A stretch of DNA of 64,000 bases. It comes from Nemertoderma westbladi (lineage: Eukaryota > Animalia > Xenacoelomorpha). The first letter of the stretch is position 1. Every line of letters starts with the position of its first letter. Below the pieces are notes generated by a model that made no database searches, was not told the origin of the DNA, and saw only the letters and a list, made by a program, of their open reading frames with translations. The stretch spans positions 62,001 to 126,000 of the forward strand of contig JAUCBJ010000678.1 in the NCBI GenBank assembly GCA_032718475.1. The letters are read 5' to 3'. Of this stretch, positions 1 to 12,734 are shown in pieces. The translations under genes and the position numbers were made by a program.

Positions 1-26
1 TACCAACTAATCTGTTTATTTTCTAG

Positions 27-196
27 AGGCCTCCCGAATCTGTTACACAAACTAACTTCCCGGTCCACCAAGGTGGACGTTGTAGATTCTCAAGGCTGCA
101 GTTTGGTGCACTTCGCCGCCCAAGGCGGGAAGTTACACATGTTGCAATATGTTATACAAGTACTGAAACTAGACGTGCATTTACCTGACCATCACG
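27..196 (+). CDS. Ankyrin-repeat DHHC palmitoyltransferase (ZDHHC13/17/Akr1-like), internal exon; gene begins upstream of window
   Basis: ttctag acceptor; reads GLPNLLHKLTSRSTKVDVVDSQGCSLVHFAAQGGKLHMLQYVIQVLKLDVHLPDHH (ankyrin repeat); gtttgt donor in phase 1 joins in frame to 501. Confidence 0.85.
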
Positions 197-500
197 GTTT
201 GTCGAGTTACAATTAATATAGTTTTTTATAATTGATATAAACTAATCTAACTAACCATGGATTTATATATTTCTTTTTTAATTAGAGGCTGTTTATTTGA
301 AACTCCTTGTAAATATCTTGTTATAGCAAAAGCAGTTTGATAACAGTGCAATTAAATCAGACTAAATATCAAATGAAAATGTTAGCCTATTTATATTTTG
401 TTCACCTTTTAAATCCAATTAATCCAATAGCTGTATAAATATATTTTAATAATTAATATTCATGAAAACTGTAATTTATATTTAGATTAATTATTCACAG

Positions 501-1076
501 GAGCTACTTGTTTGCACGTAACGGCTAACCACGGCCACTCCGATCTCTGCGAATACCTCCTGATAAACTTCCCGCAACTATCCCGAATTCCCGATATATA
601 CGGTCGCACCGCGCTCCACCTAGCGGCCGCCCTCGGTAACGCAACGCTCTGCTACACGCTGGTCCGACTGGGCGGGGGCCGTGCAGCCCTGACCACCACG
701 GACACTGAGGGTCGCACCGCGTTGGACTGGTCGCGGACCGGAACCACCTTCCGGCACCGAGAAACCGCCACCTTTCTAGAATCGGCCACGACCCCAACCC
801 TCCCCTCCCGACTGCTTCACTCGCCCTCCTCCAAGTACCTATGGCTCGCTCTCTTCCCGTTCCTCTCCTTCGCTTTCGTACAATTTCTCGCCCACGCACT
901 GCCGCTGTGTAACCTCGTCGTCGCTCTACTGGGCACCACCGCTATTGTTTACTTGGTATCCCGGCAACCACACCGCATTATGGATTGGAGTCTCCTACCC
1001 AACCCCATTCATCGTTCTGCATTCGCTTCCGGTCTCTTTTACACGTCCATATGCTGCTTCTTTATAATTCTACCAA
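501..1076 (+). CDS. Ankyrin-DHHC palmitoyltransferase exon (ankyrin repeats plus transmembrane helices)
   Basis: cacag acceptor; GATCLHVTANHGH, GRTALHLAAALGN and GRTALDW ankyrin motifs, then hydrophobic helices; gtaagt donor at 1077. Confidence 0.9.
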
Positions 1077-1080
1077 GTAA

Positions 1081-2486
1081 GTAGAATAACTACAGAATAA
1101 CTACAGAGTTAGTAGAATAAATACAGAGTTAGTAGAATAACTACAGAGTTAGTAGAATAACTACAGAGTTAGTAGAATAAATACAGAGTTAGTAGAATAA
1201 CTACAGAGCTAGTAGAATAAATACAGAGTTAGTAGAATAACTACAGAGTTAGTAGAATAACTACAGAGTTAGTAGAATAAATACAGAGTTAGTAGAATAA
1301 ATACAGAGTTAGTAGAATAACTACAGAGCTAGTAGAATAAATACAGAGTTAGTAGAATAACTACAGAGTTAGTAGAATAACTACAGAGTTAGTATAATAA
1401 CTACAGAGTTAGTAGAATAAATACAGAGTTAGTAGAATAACTACAGAGTTAGTAGAATAACTACAGAGTTAGTAGAATAACTACAGAGTTAGTAGAATAA
1501 CTACAGAGTTAGTAGAATAACTACAGAGTTAGTAGAATAAATACAGAGTTAGTAGAATAACTACAGAGTTAGTAGAATAACTACAGAGTTAGTAGAATAA
1601 CTACAGAGTTAGTAGAATAACTACAGAATTAGTAGAATAACTACAGAGTTAGTAGAATAAATACAGAGTTAGTAGAATAACTACAGAGTTAGTAGAATAA
1701 CTACAGAATTAGTAGAATAACTACAGAGTTAGTAGAATAACTACAGAGTTAGTAGAATAACTACAGAGTTAGTAGAATAACTACACAGAGTTAGTAGAAT
1801 AACTACGGAGTTAGTAGTGTAACTACAGAGTTAGTAGAATAACTACAGAGTTAGTAGAATAACTACAGAGTTAGTATAATAACTACAGAGTTAGTAGAAT
1901 AACTACAGAGTTAGTAGAATAACTACAGAATTAGTAGAATAACTACAGAGTTAGTAGAATAAATGCAGAGTTAGTAGAATAACTACAGAGTTAGTAGAAT
2001 AACTACAGAATTAGTAGAATAACTACAGAGTTAGTAGAATAACTACAGAGTTAGTAGAATAACTACAGAGTTAGTAGAATAACTACACAGAGTTAGTAGA
2101 ATAACTACGTAGTTAGTAGTGTAACTACAGAGTTAGTAGAATAACTACAGAGTTAGTAGAATAACTACAGAGTTAGTAGAATAACTACAGAGTTAGTAGC
2201 GTAACTACAGAGTTAGTAGAATAACTACAGAGTTAGTAGCGTAACTACAGAGTTAGTAGAATAACTACAGAGTTAGTAGAATAACTACAGAGTTAGTAGA
2301 ATAACTACAGAGTTAGTAGAATAACTACAGAGTTAGTAGAATAACTACAGAGTTAGTAGAATAACTACAGAGTTAGTAGAATAACTACAGAGTTAGTAGA
2401 ATAACTACAGAGTTAGTAGAATAACTACAGAATTAGTAGAATAACTACAGCGCTAGTAGAATAACTACAGAGTTAGTAGCGTAACT
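1081..2486. repeat. 20-bp tandem repeat (agtagaataactacagagtt)n, about 70 copies, intronic
   Basis: Visible periodicity that starts within the donor site at 1077. Confidence 0.97.
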
Positions 2487-2710
2487 TCCGAATGTAAACG
2501 TGAATTTGATATTGTAAGGTTTTGAACTTCTAATTAACACCTAATTAACACACTTTTTGTCTATTTAATTTTAATTAACCCTTGAATACAAGTAATTTAT
2601 TTGAGTCGATTTGATTTTTGATTGTATTTAGTGGTTGTTGGGATTAGTTGCAACGATTTAACCTACCAAACTCATTATTTTCTACTACCGTAGTTGATTA
2701 TTTTAATTAG

Positions 2711-2892
2711 ATATCGACCCTCCGTATTGGCTCTATGCGGAATCCATCTGTCACGTTGTGCTAATGTTAGCCATGTACTACCGGTTGCTATGCGGCGATC
2801 CAGGGTCCCAACAATACTCGGTGGATGGTTTCTCTTTAACTGACGTTGGGGAAGGTCGGGTCTCCTTGCATTATTACTGTGCGCCGTGTGGG
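2711..2892 (+). CDS. Ankyrin-DHHC palmitoyltransferase exon (TM helix, DPG motif, start of cysteine-rich domain)
   Basis: aattag acceptor; IDPPYWLYAESICHVVLMLAMYYRLLCGDPGS...HYYCAPCG; gtaagt donor; phase matches both flanking exons. Confidence 0.88.
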
Positions 2893-3189
2893 GTAAGTTT
2901 CATATCAGAGTTCATATGACGAGTCTGTTGTAAAAAAATTAGCATTTCCGATAACTAAAATAGGCAAATTAACTGATACCGGATACTATTAAACATAATT
3001 GTAACTTAAATCCGGATTCCACTGGCGGTTTATTTCTCTGGATGTCATATTTATTAAAACGAATAACACGACCAGAAATAAAATGTACATTGTAATTGTA
3101 GTATATAAACTACAAATAAAAGGTATGGGAAATTATACAACTTTAAATTAGCAGCTAATTACTTACTATACGTACAGGTATAGTAAGTA

Positions 3190-3440
3190 AGCGTGAGACA
3201 TATAACTTATTACCCAACCTTTATCAACGCTCCCATAGCCTTATCAGAGCGCCTGCATTATTTTTTTCCCCAGCAAAGGTTCCCATTATACCGCTGGGTT
3301 GGCGTAGGCACTAATGTCTAAAGTGTCTTGCCTTGGGACACAACAGTGCGAAATTTCTACAGCTTTAGTCGGATTCGAACCTGCGCCACCAAACATTATT
3401 GTGAAAGCAGTTCAGGCGCCGTAACCATTGCATTGGGGAC
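3190..3440 (-). mobile_element. tRNA-derived SINE
   Basis: Minus strand has a B-box (ggttcgaatcc) followed by a tgtgtcccaaggcaagacactt core; homologous in inverted orientation to 20420-20605. Confidence 0.7.
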
Positions 3441-3700
3441 ACTTTTAACTAAACGTGTAAAATCAAAGTAGATCAACTACCATCAGTAAAATTAATAAAA
3501 TATCGGGATAATAAATATAGATAAAAATATATTCATTGCAACATCACTGCAACAATTGATTAAATATGGTTGAATTGGGGTGATCTACGGATTCCGGTAA
3601 TTGTTTTAGAGTTAACTCGATATAATAAAGTTATCATGTCTATCAAAATGGTTTCCAACTTATGATTTGTCTGACTAAGTTCAATATCAATATTCCGTAG

Positions 3701-3850
3701 ATTGTTCAAGAAGAACACTCGAAGCATTGTAAACTTTGCCAGTGTTGTTATCGTCATCTCGACCACCATTGCTTGTTTATCATGCGCTGTTTAGCGTCAA
3801 ATAATATCTGGACATTCACTATGTTCATAATAGTTGTAATGGCCGCTCAG
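3701..3850 (+). CDS. Ankyrin-DHHC palmitoyltransferase exon containing the catalytic DHHC motif
   Basis: ccgtag acceptor; IVQEEHSKHCKLCQCCYRHLDHHCLFIMRCLASNN; gttagt donor at 3851. Confidence 0.93.
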
Positions 3851-5016
3851 GTTAGTTTTATTACGTTACACATATTATATTTCCTCTGTGCATTCGTGTG
3901 CAATGTTCACAACATGAAAAGACAATGTTGCATTTATTATGCTATAAATAGTATACAGACAACATATCCCTTAATACAACAACCATTTCTAGCAAGCCGG
4001 ATTTTTTTCCATATTTCATTAGATGTTGCAAAATTTGGGATATAGATTAAAGTTCGACATCTATTGCTGACATGGTCGGATTTTTCAATTTTCAATTATT
4101 TAACTACAACAAAACGTTAAAAATTGCTTATTTAGCAATATTTAACCATCTTGGTTCTCTGTTGGCTTTCCACCATACCATAGGTTTTCACTAAAACCCA
4201 GGCTTACAGAACTGCTAATCTAACCAAAACAATAAACAAATTAGTATATGATGTTAGACAACCACGACTTTAGAGGGATTGTGATATTAATATGAAAACA
4301 ATAAAATAGGAAATGGGGTCTTATTCCCTCAGATACTACCTAGCATTTAGGGCCACTTGGGCCACTGTTAGTACTCAGGCACTAAGGCCTATTAAAAAAT
4401 GAAATACCAAATCGATTTTAGTGCTACATAACCCAACCCAACTACCACAAGAAAAATTACACCAAACCATACAGTAACTACAGGTTCCGGTAAGTATTGC
4501 ACGAAATGGGCTATCCCATAAATTACGAAAAATATATGACATTTTGTCCGCCGAAAAGGGTAAGTCTAAGTAATAAATTTTATAAAAATAAAAGGGTTTC
4601 GGAGATTTAAACACTGAACCCTGGGATTCGTGGTTCTCCTCATCAGCAGTGTGCCACGAACCCGAACGGGGCCACGAACGGGGGTTGGTTGCATTCAGTT
4701 GGGAATCATGCTTATGCATATGGGCGGGGCTGATGGTAACATTGGGGGTGGGGGGTTTCAACTCTGTTTGGTGGTACGGTAGGATTTCTAATTTATTGGT
4801 CATTGTCTTAATCTATTAATTTAGTGGTGCAGTTTTGTTAGGGTAGGGGTGGGTTTCGTGGCAAACTGCTGATGAGGAGAACCACGAATCCCAGGGTTCA
4901 GTGTTTAAATCTCCGAAACCCTTTTATTTTTATAAAATTTATTACTTAGACTTACCTTCCTATATTCTTCTTAATTTATGGGATAGCCTATTCGTGCAAT
5001 ACTTACCGGAACCTGT

Positions 5017-8000
5017 GGGGCGAACCACGAAGTGAGTGAGCCTTAGCGTAGGGGTACCATTAATCAACCTGTGGGGCGAGCCACGAAGTGAGTGAGCCTT
5101 AGCGTAGGGGTACCATTAATCAACCTGTCGTTCTGTCGCGTTTTTTTTCAGTATTTTATTTTAAACGTTAATAACTCAGCCAATCCTTGATGAAATCTAT
5201 CCAAACTTGGTACACATGTTGTTTGGCAAAAGTTTGAAAATTTTCCAAGTAGAATTTGCGTGGGGCCTTCGTGCAGCATCAGTGTAACTGTTATTGCAGT
5301 TATAATAAATTTATTTATCCAAATTTAAAATGCGTTAAATTATTATTACTGTAGGATAAATCAGCTGGGTTTCTGACAAATTTTGCAATACATACATTTC
5401 CAATCTGCATGTACCATGTGTACCGGTACTGTCAGGCTGTACTCAATCCCTGAATCGAGAATCCTGCAATCAGTCAATACTGCAATACTGGTCAGCCGGT
5501 ACCATACACTGCAGACATGCCATATCATGTAATCTAATTAAACATGGCCCCGACAACCCTTGCGGTGATTATAGTTTAGGCCTGATTAGCCCAGTACCGG
5601 CACCGGTAATAATAATATAATAGTTTAGATAGTTACCGCTAATCATTCAGTCATTGCTGCATTGGCACGGTACACCGTATTGCTGTACTGCCGTTGTAGT
5701 GCGCACCGTAGGTACCACCCTACTACCGGTACCGGCTGACCGTTGGCAACTAGCACTTCAGCACTTTCACAGCAACAGCACTACCGGCGATATACAGGTT
5801 GGAATTTATGTAGAGTTTGCTCAACAGTACAGATATAAAATAGTTATCTAAATTATATATATTACTATTGACAAGTATTGAAATATATACCGTTATTCGT
5901 GTTATCAGTATTTGCAACATCTGACATTGAAGAGGTGAGAGAAGATGAATACCGGCACTCAACAAAACCAACGCTTATCACAGGTCGGTATGGTTACCTC
6001 GAAACCGGCGCGACTGTCCACTCGAATACAACTTCAAAACACAAACGCCAACAATAAACTGAAAGCGAATCGAACGTCTTCAGAAGAATCTGTCATTGGG
6101 ACGAAGAAAAGGAAGCCGAAACCACGGGAATGGACCACAGCTAAGATTGAATGATCCCATTGTCAGAGTTGTTGGACCGAAATTGAAACACCAATTGCCG
6201 ATGGGCTTGATCTCTCAAACCAAAACTTCCTCTGTGGGGTTTGCGCGGCAGTAAAGATTGAAAGTCTGGAAGCTGGCATCCCTAGGTATTATTATTATAA
6301 AGAGCGTCAGCCTGCGTTTAATAAATATATTTTAATACAAAACAGGTCGAACGCAATGAGGCTTATAATGAAGACGAGTACTGCATTGATTATATTCCTA
6401 TAAACCACCTGGCTTTGCATATTGAACGTGCGTTTGGAAATAAGTTCGTGCTACCCTTCCGTGGGTGGTAGATGTCGCGGTTATGTATTGGTGGGTGGGG
6501 GGGTGCAGATTAAAAGGGGTGAACACGTACTGTCCCCCTTTCTTTGATTAATTGGTGGTGTGGGTTAATCTCTCATAACCTGATTTTGTGATACAGTCGC
6601 ACAATTTTTATTTGTATCTCATAACTGGGCCTCGTGCTGCGCGAAGGCCCCACGAACGTGTCGTTCTGTCGCGTTTTTTTTCAGTATTTTATTTTAAACG
6701 TTAATAACTCGGCCAATCCTTGATGAAATCTACCCAAACTTGGTACACATGTTGTTTGGCAAAAGTTTGAAAATTTTCCAAGTAGAATTTGCGTGGGGCC
6801 TTCGTGCAGCATCAGTGTAACTGTTATTGCAGTTATAATAAATTTATTAATCCAAATTTAAAATGCGTTAAATTATTATTACTGTAGGATAAATCAGCTG
6901 GGTTTCTGACAAATTTTGTAATACAAAGGGGCTGTCTGCATGTACCATGTGTACCGGTACGGTCAGGCTGTACTCAATCCCTGAATCGAGAATCCTGCAA
7001 TCAGTCAATACTGCAATACTGGTCAGCCGGTACCATACACTGCAGACATGCCATATCATGTAATCTAATTAAACATGGCCCTGGCAACCCTTGCGGTGAT
7101 TATAGTTTAGGCCTAATAGCCCAGTACCGGCACCGGTAATAATAATATAATAGTTTAGATAGTTACCGCTAATCATTCAGTCATTGGCACGGTACACCGT
7201 ATTGCTGTACTGCCGTTGTAGTGCGCACCGTAGGTACCACCCTACTACCGGTACCGGCTGACCGGTGGCAACTAGCACTACAGGACACTTGCACAACACT
7301 GCAGCAACAGCACTACCGGCGATACACAGGTTGGAATTTATGTAGAGTTTGCTCAACAGTACAGATATAAAATAGTTATCTAAATTATATATATTACTAT
7401 TGACAAGTATTGAAATATATACCGTTATTCGTGTTATCAGTATTTGCAACATCTGACATTGAAGAGGTGAGAGAAGATGAATACCGGCACTCAACAAAAC
7501 CAACGCTTATCACAGGTCGGTATGGTTACCTCAAAACCGGCGCGACTGTCCACTCGAATACAACTTCAAAACACAAACGCCAACAATAAACTGAAAGCGA
7601 ATCGAACGTCTTCAGAAGAATCTGTCATTGGGACGAAGAAAAGGAAGCCGAAGCCACGGGAATGGACCACAGCTAAGATTGAATGCTCCCATTGTCAGAG
7701 TTCCTGGACCGAAATTGAAACACCAATTGCCGATGGGCTTGATCTCTCAAACCAAAACTTCCTCTGCGGGGTTTGCGTGGCAGTAAAGATTGAAAGTCTG
7801 GAAGCTGGCATCCCTAGGTATTATTATTATAAAGAGCGTCAGCCTGCGTTTAATAAATATATTTTAATACAAAACAGGTCGAACGCAAAGAGGCTTATAA
7901 TGAAGACGAGTACTGCATTGATTATATTCCTATAAACCACCTGGCTTTGCATATTGAACGTGCGTTTGGAAATAAGTTCGTGCTACCCTTCCGTGGGTGG

Positions 8001-8208
8001 TAGATGTCGCGGTTATGTATTGGTGGGTGGGGGGAGGGGGGGGGGGGGGAGTGCAGATTAAAAGGGGTGAACACGTACGTCCCCCTTTCTTTGATTAATT
8101 AGTGGTGTGGGTTAATCTCTCATAACCTGATTTTGTGATACAGTCGCACAATTTTAATTTGTATCTCATAACTGGGCCTCGTGCTGCGCGAAGGCCCCAC
8201 GAACGTGT
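5017..8208 (+). mobile_element. Tandem insertion: 2 x 56 bp plus 2 x about 1.54 kb units, Helentron/HINE-like non-autonomous element
   Basis: Units at 5017-5072, 5073-5128, 5129-6661 and 6662-8208; subterminal inverted repeat gtggggccttcgtgcagca / tgctgcgcgaaggccccac; ccaaacttggtacaca motif. Family assignment is inference. Confidence 0.55.
7477..7935 (+). pseudogene. Captured fragment resembling a CR1/L2 LINE ORF1 zinc finger; second copy at 5945-6402 has a premature TGA
   Basis: IECSHCQ...FLCGVCVAVKIESLE: two CxxC pairs followed by a coiled-coil-like start; tgc>tga at 6152 in copy 1. Confidence 0.4.
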
Positions 8209-8360
8209 AGTTACTGTATGGTTTGGTATAATTTTTCTTGTGGTAGTTGGGTTGGGTTATGTAGCACTAAAATCGATTTGGTATTTCATTTTTTAATTTG
8301 CCTTAGTGCCGAGTTCTTAGTAGACTGCCGAATTGTGATCTTTATTTTGTATCTTCGCAG

Positions 8361-8696
8361 GTAATATTCCTCGTCATGTCCTTCCAATACCTTCTTCTGA
8401 CCTACTCCCACACTGTTTGGCCAGTTTCCTTAGACGATTTAGTTTCGGGTTATCTCTCGGAGCCCTTCCTCACTACACTCATGGGTCTCAATAGCTGCTC
8501 TATCGTGTGGGGAGCCGTCCTCATCTATTACCAACTCAAGGCTGTATCACGAGGTGGCGCGTCTGTTTATTACAATTTACGAACGCAAAAACAACATAAA
8601 CAAGAAACAAGAAGTCGACAAATCCGGAATATTTTATACTTTCTTATTCGTGGTAGATTGCCCACACAGCCAATGGATGCTGCAGTACATACATAA
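8361..8696 (+). CDS. Ankyrin-DHHC palmitoyltransferase terminal exon
   Basis: ttcgcag acceptor; phase 0 continues ...VMAAQ|VIFLVMSFQYLLL; last TM helix, then the N..YFL segment typical of DHHC C-termini; TAA stop. Confidence 0.82.
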   Translation, partial: VIFLVMSFQYLLLTYSHTVWPVSLDDLVSGYLSEPFLTTLMGLNSCSIVWGAVLIYYQLKAVSRGGASVYYNLRTQKQHKQETRSRQIRNILYFLIRGRLPTQPMDAAVHT

Positions 8697-9117
8697 ATCA
8701 TTAGTGTCTTTGTTTTGTTTATATTTTATATTGTAAATCATTATACGACTACTATAAACTAAATTATAGATTAATTTATTGATACCTTCGTAGTTCGAGG
8801 TTTCAGTGTAAGACATCATCTCCCGATCATCAACTTTACGATGCCATTTATACGTAAAGAATCAAGGCTACCTATAAGACAATTATTTTTAACTAATAGC
8901 TACTAATAGTATTTTGGGTAGCATTGGTTTCCAATCAATATTAGTTGTGTATCTGTTTACTTTTATACTTATTTAATAATATTATTATCACCCACCCACC
9001 ACCTGTATACCCAGTATTTTTTAGAATGAAGCTCTATAAGACAACATAGTTCACGGCTTATTATAATTGTTTTTAGTGATTCTTATGATTCAACAATAAT
9101 TACTTATTCACTTTATT

Positions 9118-10904
9118 TCCCATTCGTTCTATTAGCGAGCGTTTCCATTGGTTCTGTTAGCGAGCGTTCCTATTGATTCTATCAGCGAGCGTTCCCATTG
9201 GTTCTATTAGCAGGCGTTCCCATTGGTTCTATTAGCGAGCGTTCCCAATTGATTGTATTAGCGAGCGTTCCCATTGGTTCTATAAACGAGCGTTCCCAAT
9301 TGATTTTATTAGCGAGCGTTCCCATTGGTTCTATTAGCGAGCGTTCCTATTGGTTCTATTAGCGAGCGTTCCCATTGGTTCTATTAGCGAGCGTTCCCAT
9401 TTGTTCTATTAGCGACCGTTCCCATTGGTTCTATTAGCGAGCGTTCCCATTGGTTATATTAGCGAGCGTTCCTATTGGTTCTATTAGCGAGCGTCCCAAT
9501 TGATTTTATTAGCGAGCGTTCCCAATTGATTTTATTAGCAAGCGTTCCCATTGGTTCTATTAGCGAGCGTTTCCATTTGTTCTTTTAGCGAGCGTTCCCA
9601 TTGGTTCTATTAGCGGGCGTTCCTATTGGTTATATTAGCGAGCGTTCCCATTGGTTCTATTATGGAGCGTTCCCATTTGTTCTATTAGCGAGCGTTCCCA
9701 TTGGTTCTATTAGCGAGCGTTCCCAACTGGTTCTATTAGCGAGCGTTCCCAACTGACTCTATTAGCGGGTGTACCCATTGGTTCTATTACCGAGCGTTCC
9801 CAGTGGTTCTATTAGCGAATGTTCCCAATTGATTTTAATAGCGAGCGTTCCCATTGGTTCTATTAGCTAGCGTTCCCATTGGTTCTATTAGCTAGCGTTC
9901 CCATTGGTTCTATTAGCGAGCGTTCCCAATTGATTTTATTAGCGAGCGTTCCCATTGGTTCTATTGGCGAGCGTTCCCATTGGTTCTATTAGCGAGCGTT
10001 CCTATTGGTTCTATTAGCGAGCGTTCCCATTGGTTCTATTAGCAGGCGTTCCCATTGGTTCTGTTAGCGAGCGTTCCTATTGGTTCTATTAGCGATCGTT
10101 CCCATTGATTCTATTAGCGAGCGTTCCCATTGGTTCTATTAGCAGGCGTTCCCATTGGTTCTATTAGCGAGCGTTCCCAATTGATTGTATTAGCGAGCGT
10201 TCCTATTGGTTCTATTAGCGAGCGTTCCCATTGGTTCTATTAGCAGGCGTTCCCCTTGGTTCTATTAGCAGGCGTTCCCATTGGTTCTGTTAGCGAGCGT
10301 TCCTATTGGTTCTATTAGCGAGCGTTCCCATTGATTCTATTAGCGAGCGTTCCCATTGGTTCTATTAGCGAGCGTTCCCAATTGATTGTATTAGCGAGCG
10401 TTCCCATTGGTTCTATAAACGAGCGTTCCCAATTGGTTCTATTAGCAGGCGTTCCTATTGGTTCTATTAACGAGCGTTCCAATTGTTTCTATTAGCAGGC
10501 GTTCCTATTGGTTCTATTAGCAGGCGTTCCCATTGGTTCTATTAGCGAGCGTTCCCAATTGATTGTATTAGCGAGCGTTCCCATTGGTTCTATAAACGAG
10601 CGTTCCCAATTGGTTCTATTAGCGAGCGTTCCCATTGGTTCTATTAGCAGGCGTTCCCATTGGTTCTGTTAGCGAGCGTTCCTATTGGTTCTATTAGCGA
10701 GCGTTCCCATTGATTCTATTAGCGAGCGTTCCCATTGGTTCTATTAGCAGGCGTTCCCATTGGTTCTATTAGCGAGCGTTCCCAATTGATTGTATTAGCG
10801 AGCGTTCCCATTGGTTCTATTAACGAGCGTTCCAATTGTTTCTATTAGCAGGCGTTCCTATTGGTTCTATTAGCAAGCGTTCCCATTGGTTCTATTAGCG
10901 AGCG
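9118..10904. repeat. 25-bp tandem repeat (cccattggttctattagcgagcgtt)n, about 70 copies
   Basis: Visible periodicity with 26-bp variants. Confidence 0.96.
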
Positions 10905-10994
10905 GTTTGATTTGATCCCGCTAAATTCTTTCATGTTTACAGCTGAAGGACTAAACTAAACTGATAGGGGAGTATCCCTGGACGCAATCAAAAT

Positions 10995-11280
10995 TTATCC
11001 CTCTCCAGGGGAAAATCGACACAAAAAAAACAGTTGATTTTTGACAAAATATTATACTGTAAACTATTGGGAGAAACGAAATTGCGACAACTATGGAGAA
11101 TCGGGAAGCCTGGAAGGATCTCATTTCCACTGTCAGAGTTCGCTCGACCTAGTAGTAAACTATTGACTTTTGTTTTTTGTTTTGGCTAGAATAACGTATC
11201 ACTGCAACATGCTCCTTGATGAGCAAAATTAACCTGGAACCCGAGGATTGGCGATAGTTTATTGTTTTGGTTAGTACATA
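10995..11280 (+). repeat. Old dispersed repeat; related copies at about 12420-12630 and 45130-45360
   Basis: Shared attgacttt...ttttgg(c/t)tagaata...cactg and ccctc..ca.ggga.aatcgac.caaa blocks. Confidence 0.55.
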
Positions 11281-11419
11281 GTGCGACTTTTAAACTATAA
11301 CTCATTGCAAATGGTTTTGACCCCTTCCACCCCCACACCCACCCCCAATCTAATTATATTGAATAGTTTTAAACTCGTATTGAATTTTCAATTTGTAACT
11401 TATACGCCTTCCATGATTA

Positions 11420-11500
11420 AACGCCCCCCTCAAATAAACGCCTCCTCATTTGGCAATTCATAAACTTAACGCCCAGGCTCTTATTCGAAGAAATATGGTA
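11420..11500. mobile_element. Tc1/mariner-pogo-type MITE end fragment
   Basis: aataaacgcc repeats ending in ggctcttattcgaagaaatatggta, resembling Tigger-type TIRs. Confidence 0.4.
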
Positions 11501-12734
11501 AATTTTTCAGATTTATTTAACAAATATTCACCAAAATGATTGGCGTAGATGAATCTATTTGGAAAGGTTTTTGGGGACGACAAATCTTATTGGCTGATTT
11601 ATATAACTCCTTTATGTTAATTAGGCCCCCTCGCTATTGTACTCAACGAAAATGATAATTTATATTTGTTAATGACTGACGAATTCCCTTAAGCTCCTGA
11701 AACTGATATACAAGGGGTTCACAATTCGATAACCATTGCACACTACTAAGTTTGTCTACACTAATATGCAGAATACAGGTACCCCACCTAATACTGTAGT
11801 ACCTTTTTGTGTGACGTTGCTAAGGACAAATATATAGCAATTAGGCAGATTAACTAACCTCTGCGGGGCGATTTTTCCAAATTTCCTAACATCCCTGTTG
11901 TTACCGACCTGCTACCTTCGTTACCACCCTGTTACTTTGGTTACCGGTACATTCTATATTAATTATTATTATTGCTTGTTAAATTGCGCAGTTCCCTGTT
12001 GCATTCCATTCCATGAATTCATTTCCTTATATTTCCCTGTTGTAGTCTGCTTAACTGCATAGCCTATGGAACAACAGAGTTTATTATTAGGAGTAAGTAA
12101 GTATTGAGTTGCTCAATCAATACTTATCTTTCTTCTAAACACAATTGAATGACAAGGCTTGCGCGGTTTATTATTTTATTAAACACCATACGTGTTGGTT
12201 CAAATGGAAATATTAATCACCAGCGACATTGTTAGTTATACCAAACATATTGCAACAGCAGTTGGTTGATTCTACACATCAGCGCGATGTTTACTGCGTT
12301 TAATTAGGCTATAAAAGTTACCATCATACTTTCTTATGGGTACTGTTCAACATTATTTGTTCTTAAATTTTAACATTACTTAACTCAGTATTGAGAGTGA
12401 GTTGTTATATCGCCAGATAGCGGGGACTTTCGATGCATTCAAAAGTAATACTGGGAAGAAAATCTACATAAATAGTAACCTACAACTCGCAAAAAGTAAA
12501 ACTCTCTGTTCTATTGACTTTCGTTTATTGTTTAGGTTAGAATAACGTGTCAATGTATCCTGCTCCTTTCCCAATTGATATAATTTAACATTGCCAAGAC
12601 GAAATATTCATTCGCTGAAATTCATTTTTGAGAGGCGGCGGTCATCCTCTGGCGCTAGACTGGGGGGGGGGGGGGAATTTTCGAAAATTCAAAATTTTCG
12701 GCCTGGATTGCTGCAGAGAATAATTTATGCAACA

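Larger units (their letters stand above)
4373..8314. mobile_element. MITE/foldback element with TIRs of about 290 bp; right arm interrupted by a 3.2 kb insertion
   Basis: 4373-4662 is the reverse complement of 4852-5016 plus 8209-8314; flanks tgttagt/tcttagt resemble a TSD. Confidence 0.8.

Noticed and set aside
525-899. 124-aa minus-strand ORF
   Set aside because: Antisense shadow of the ankyrin exon
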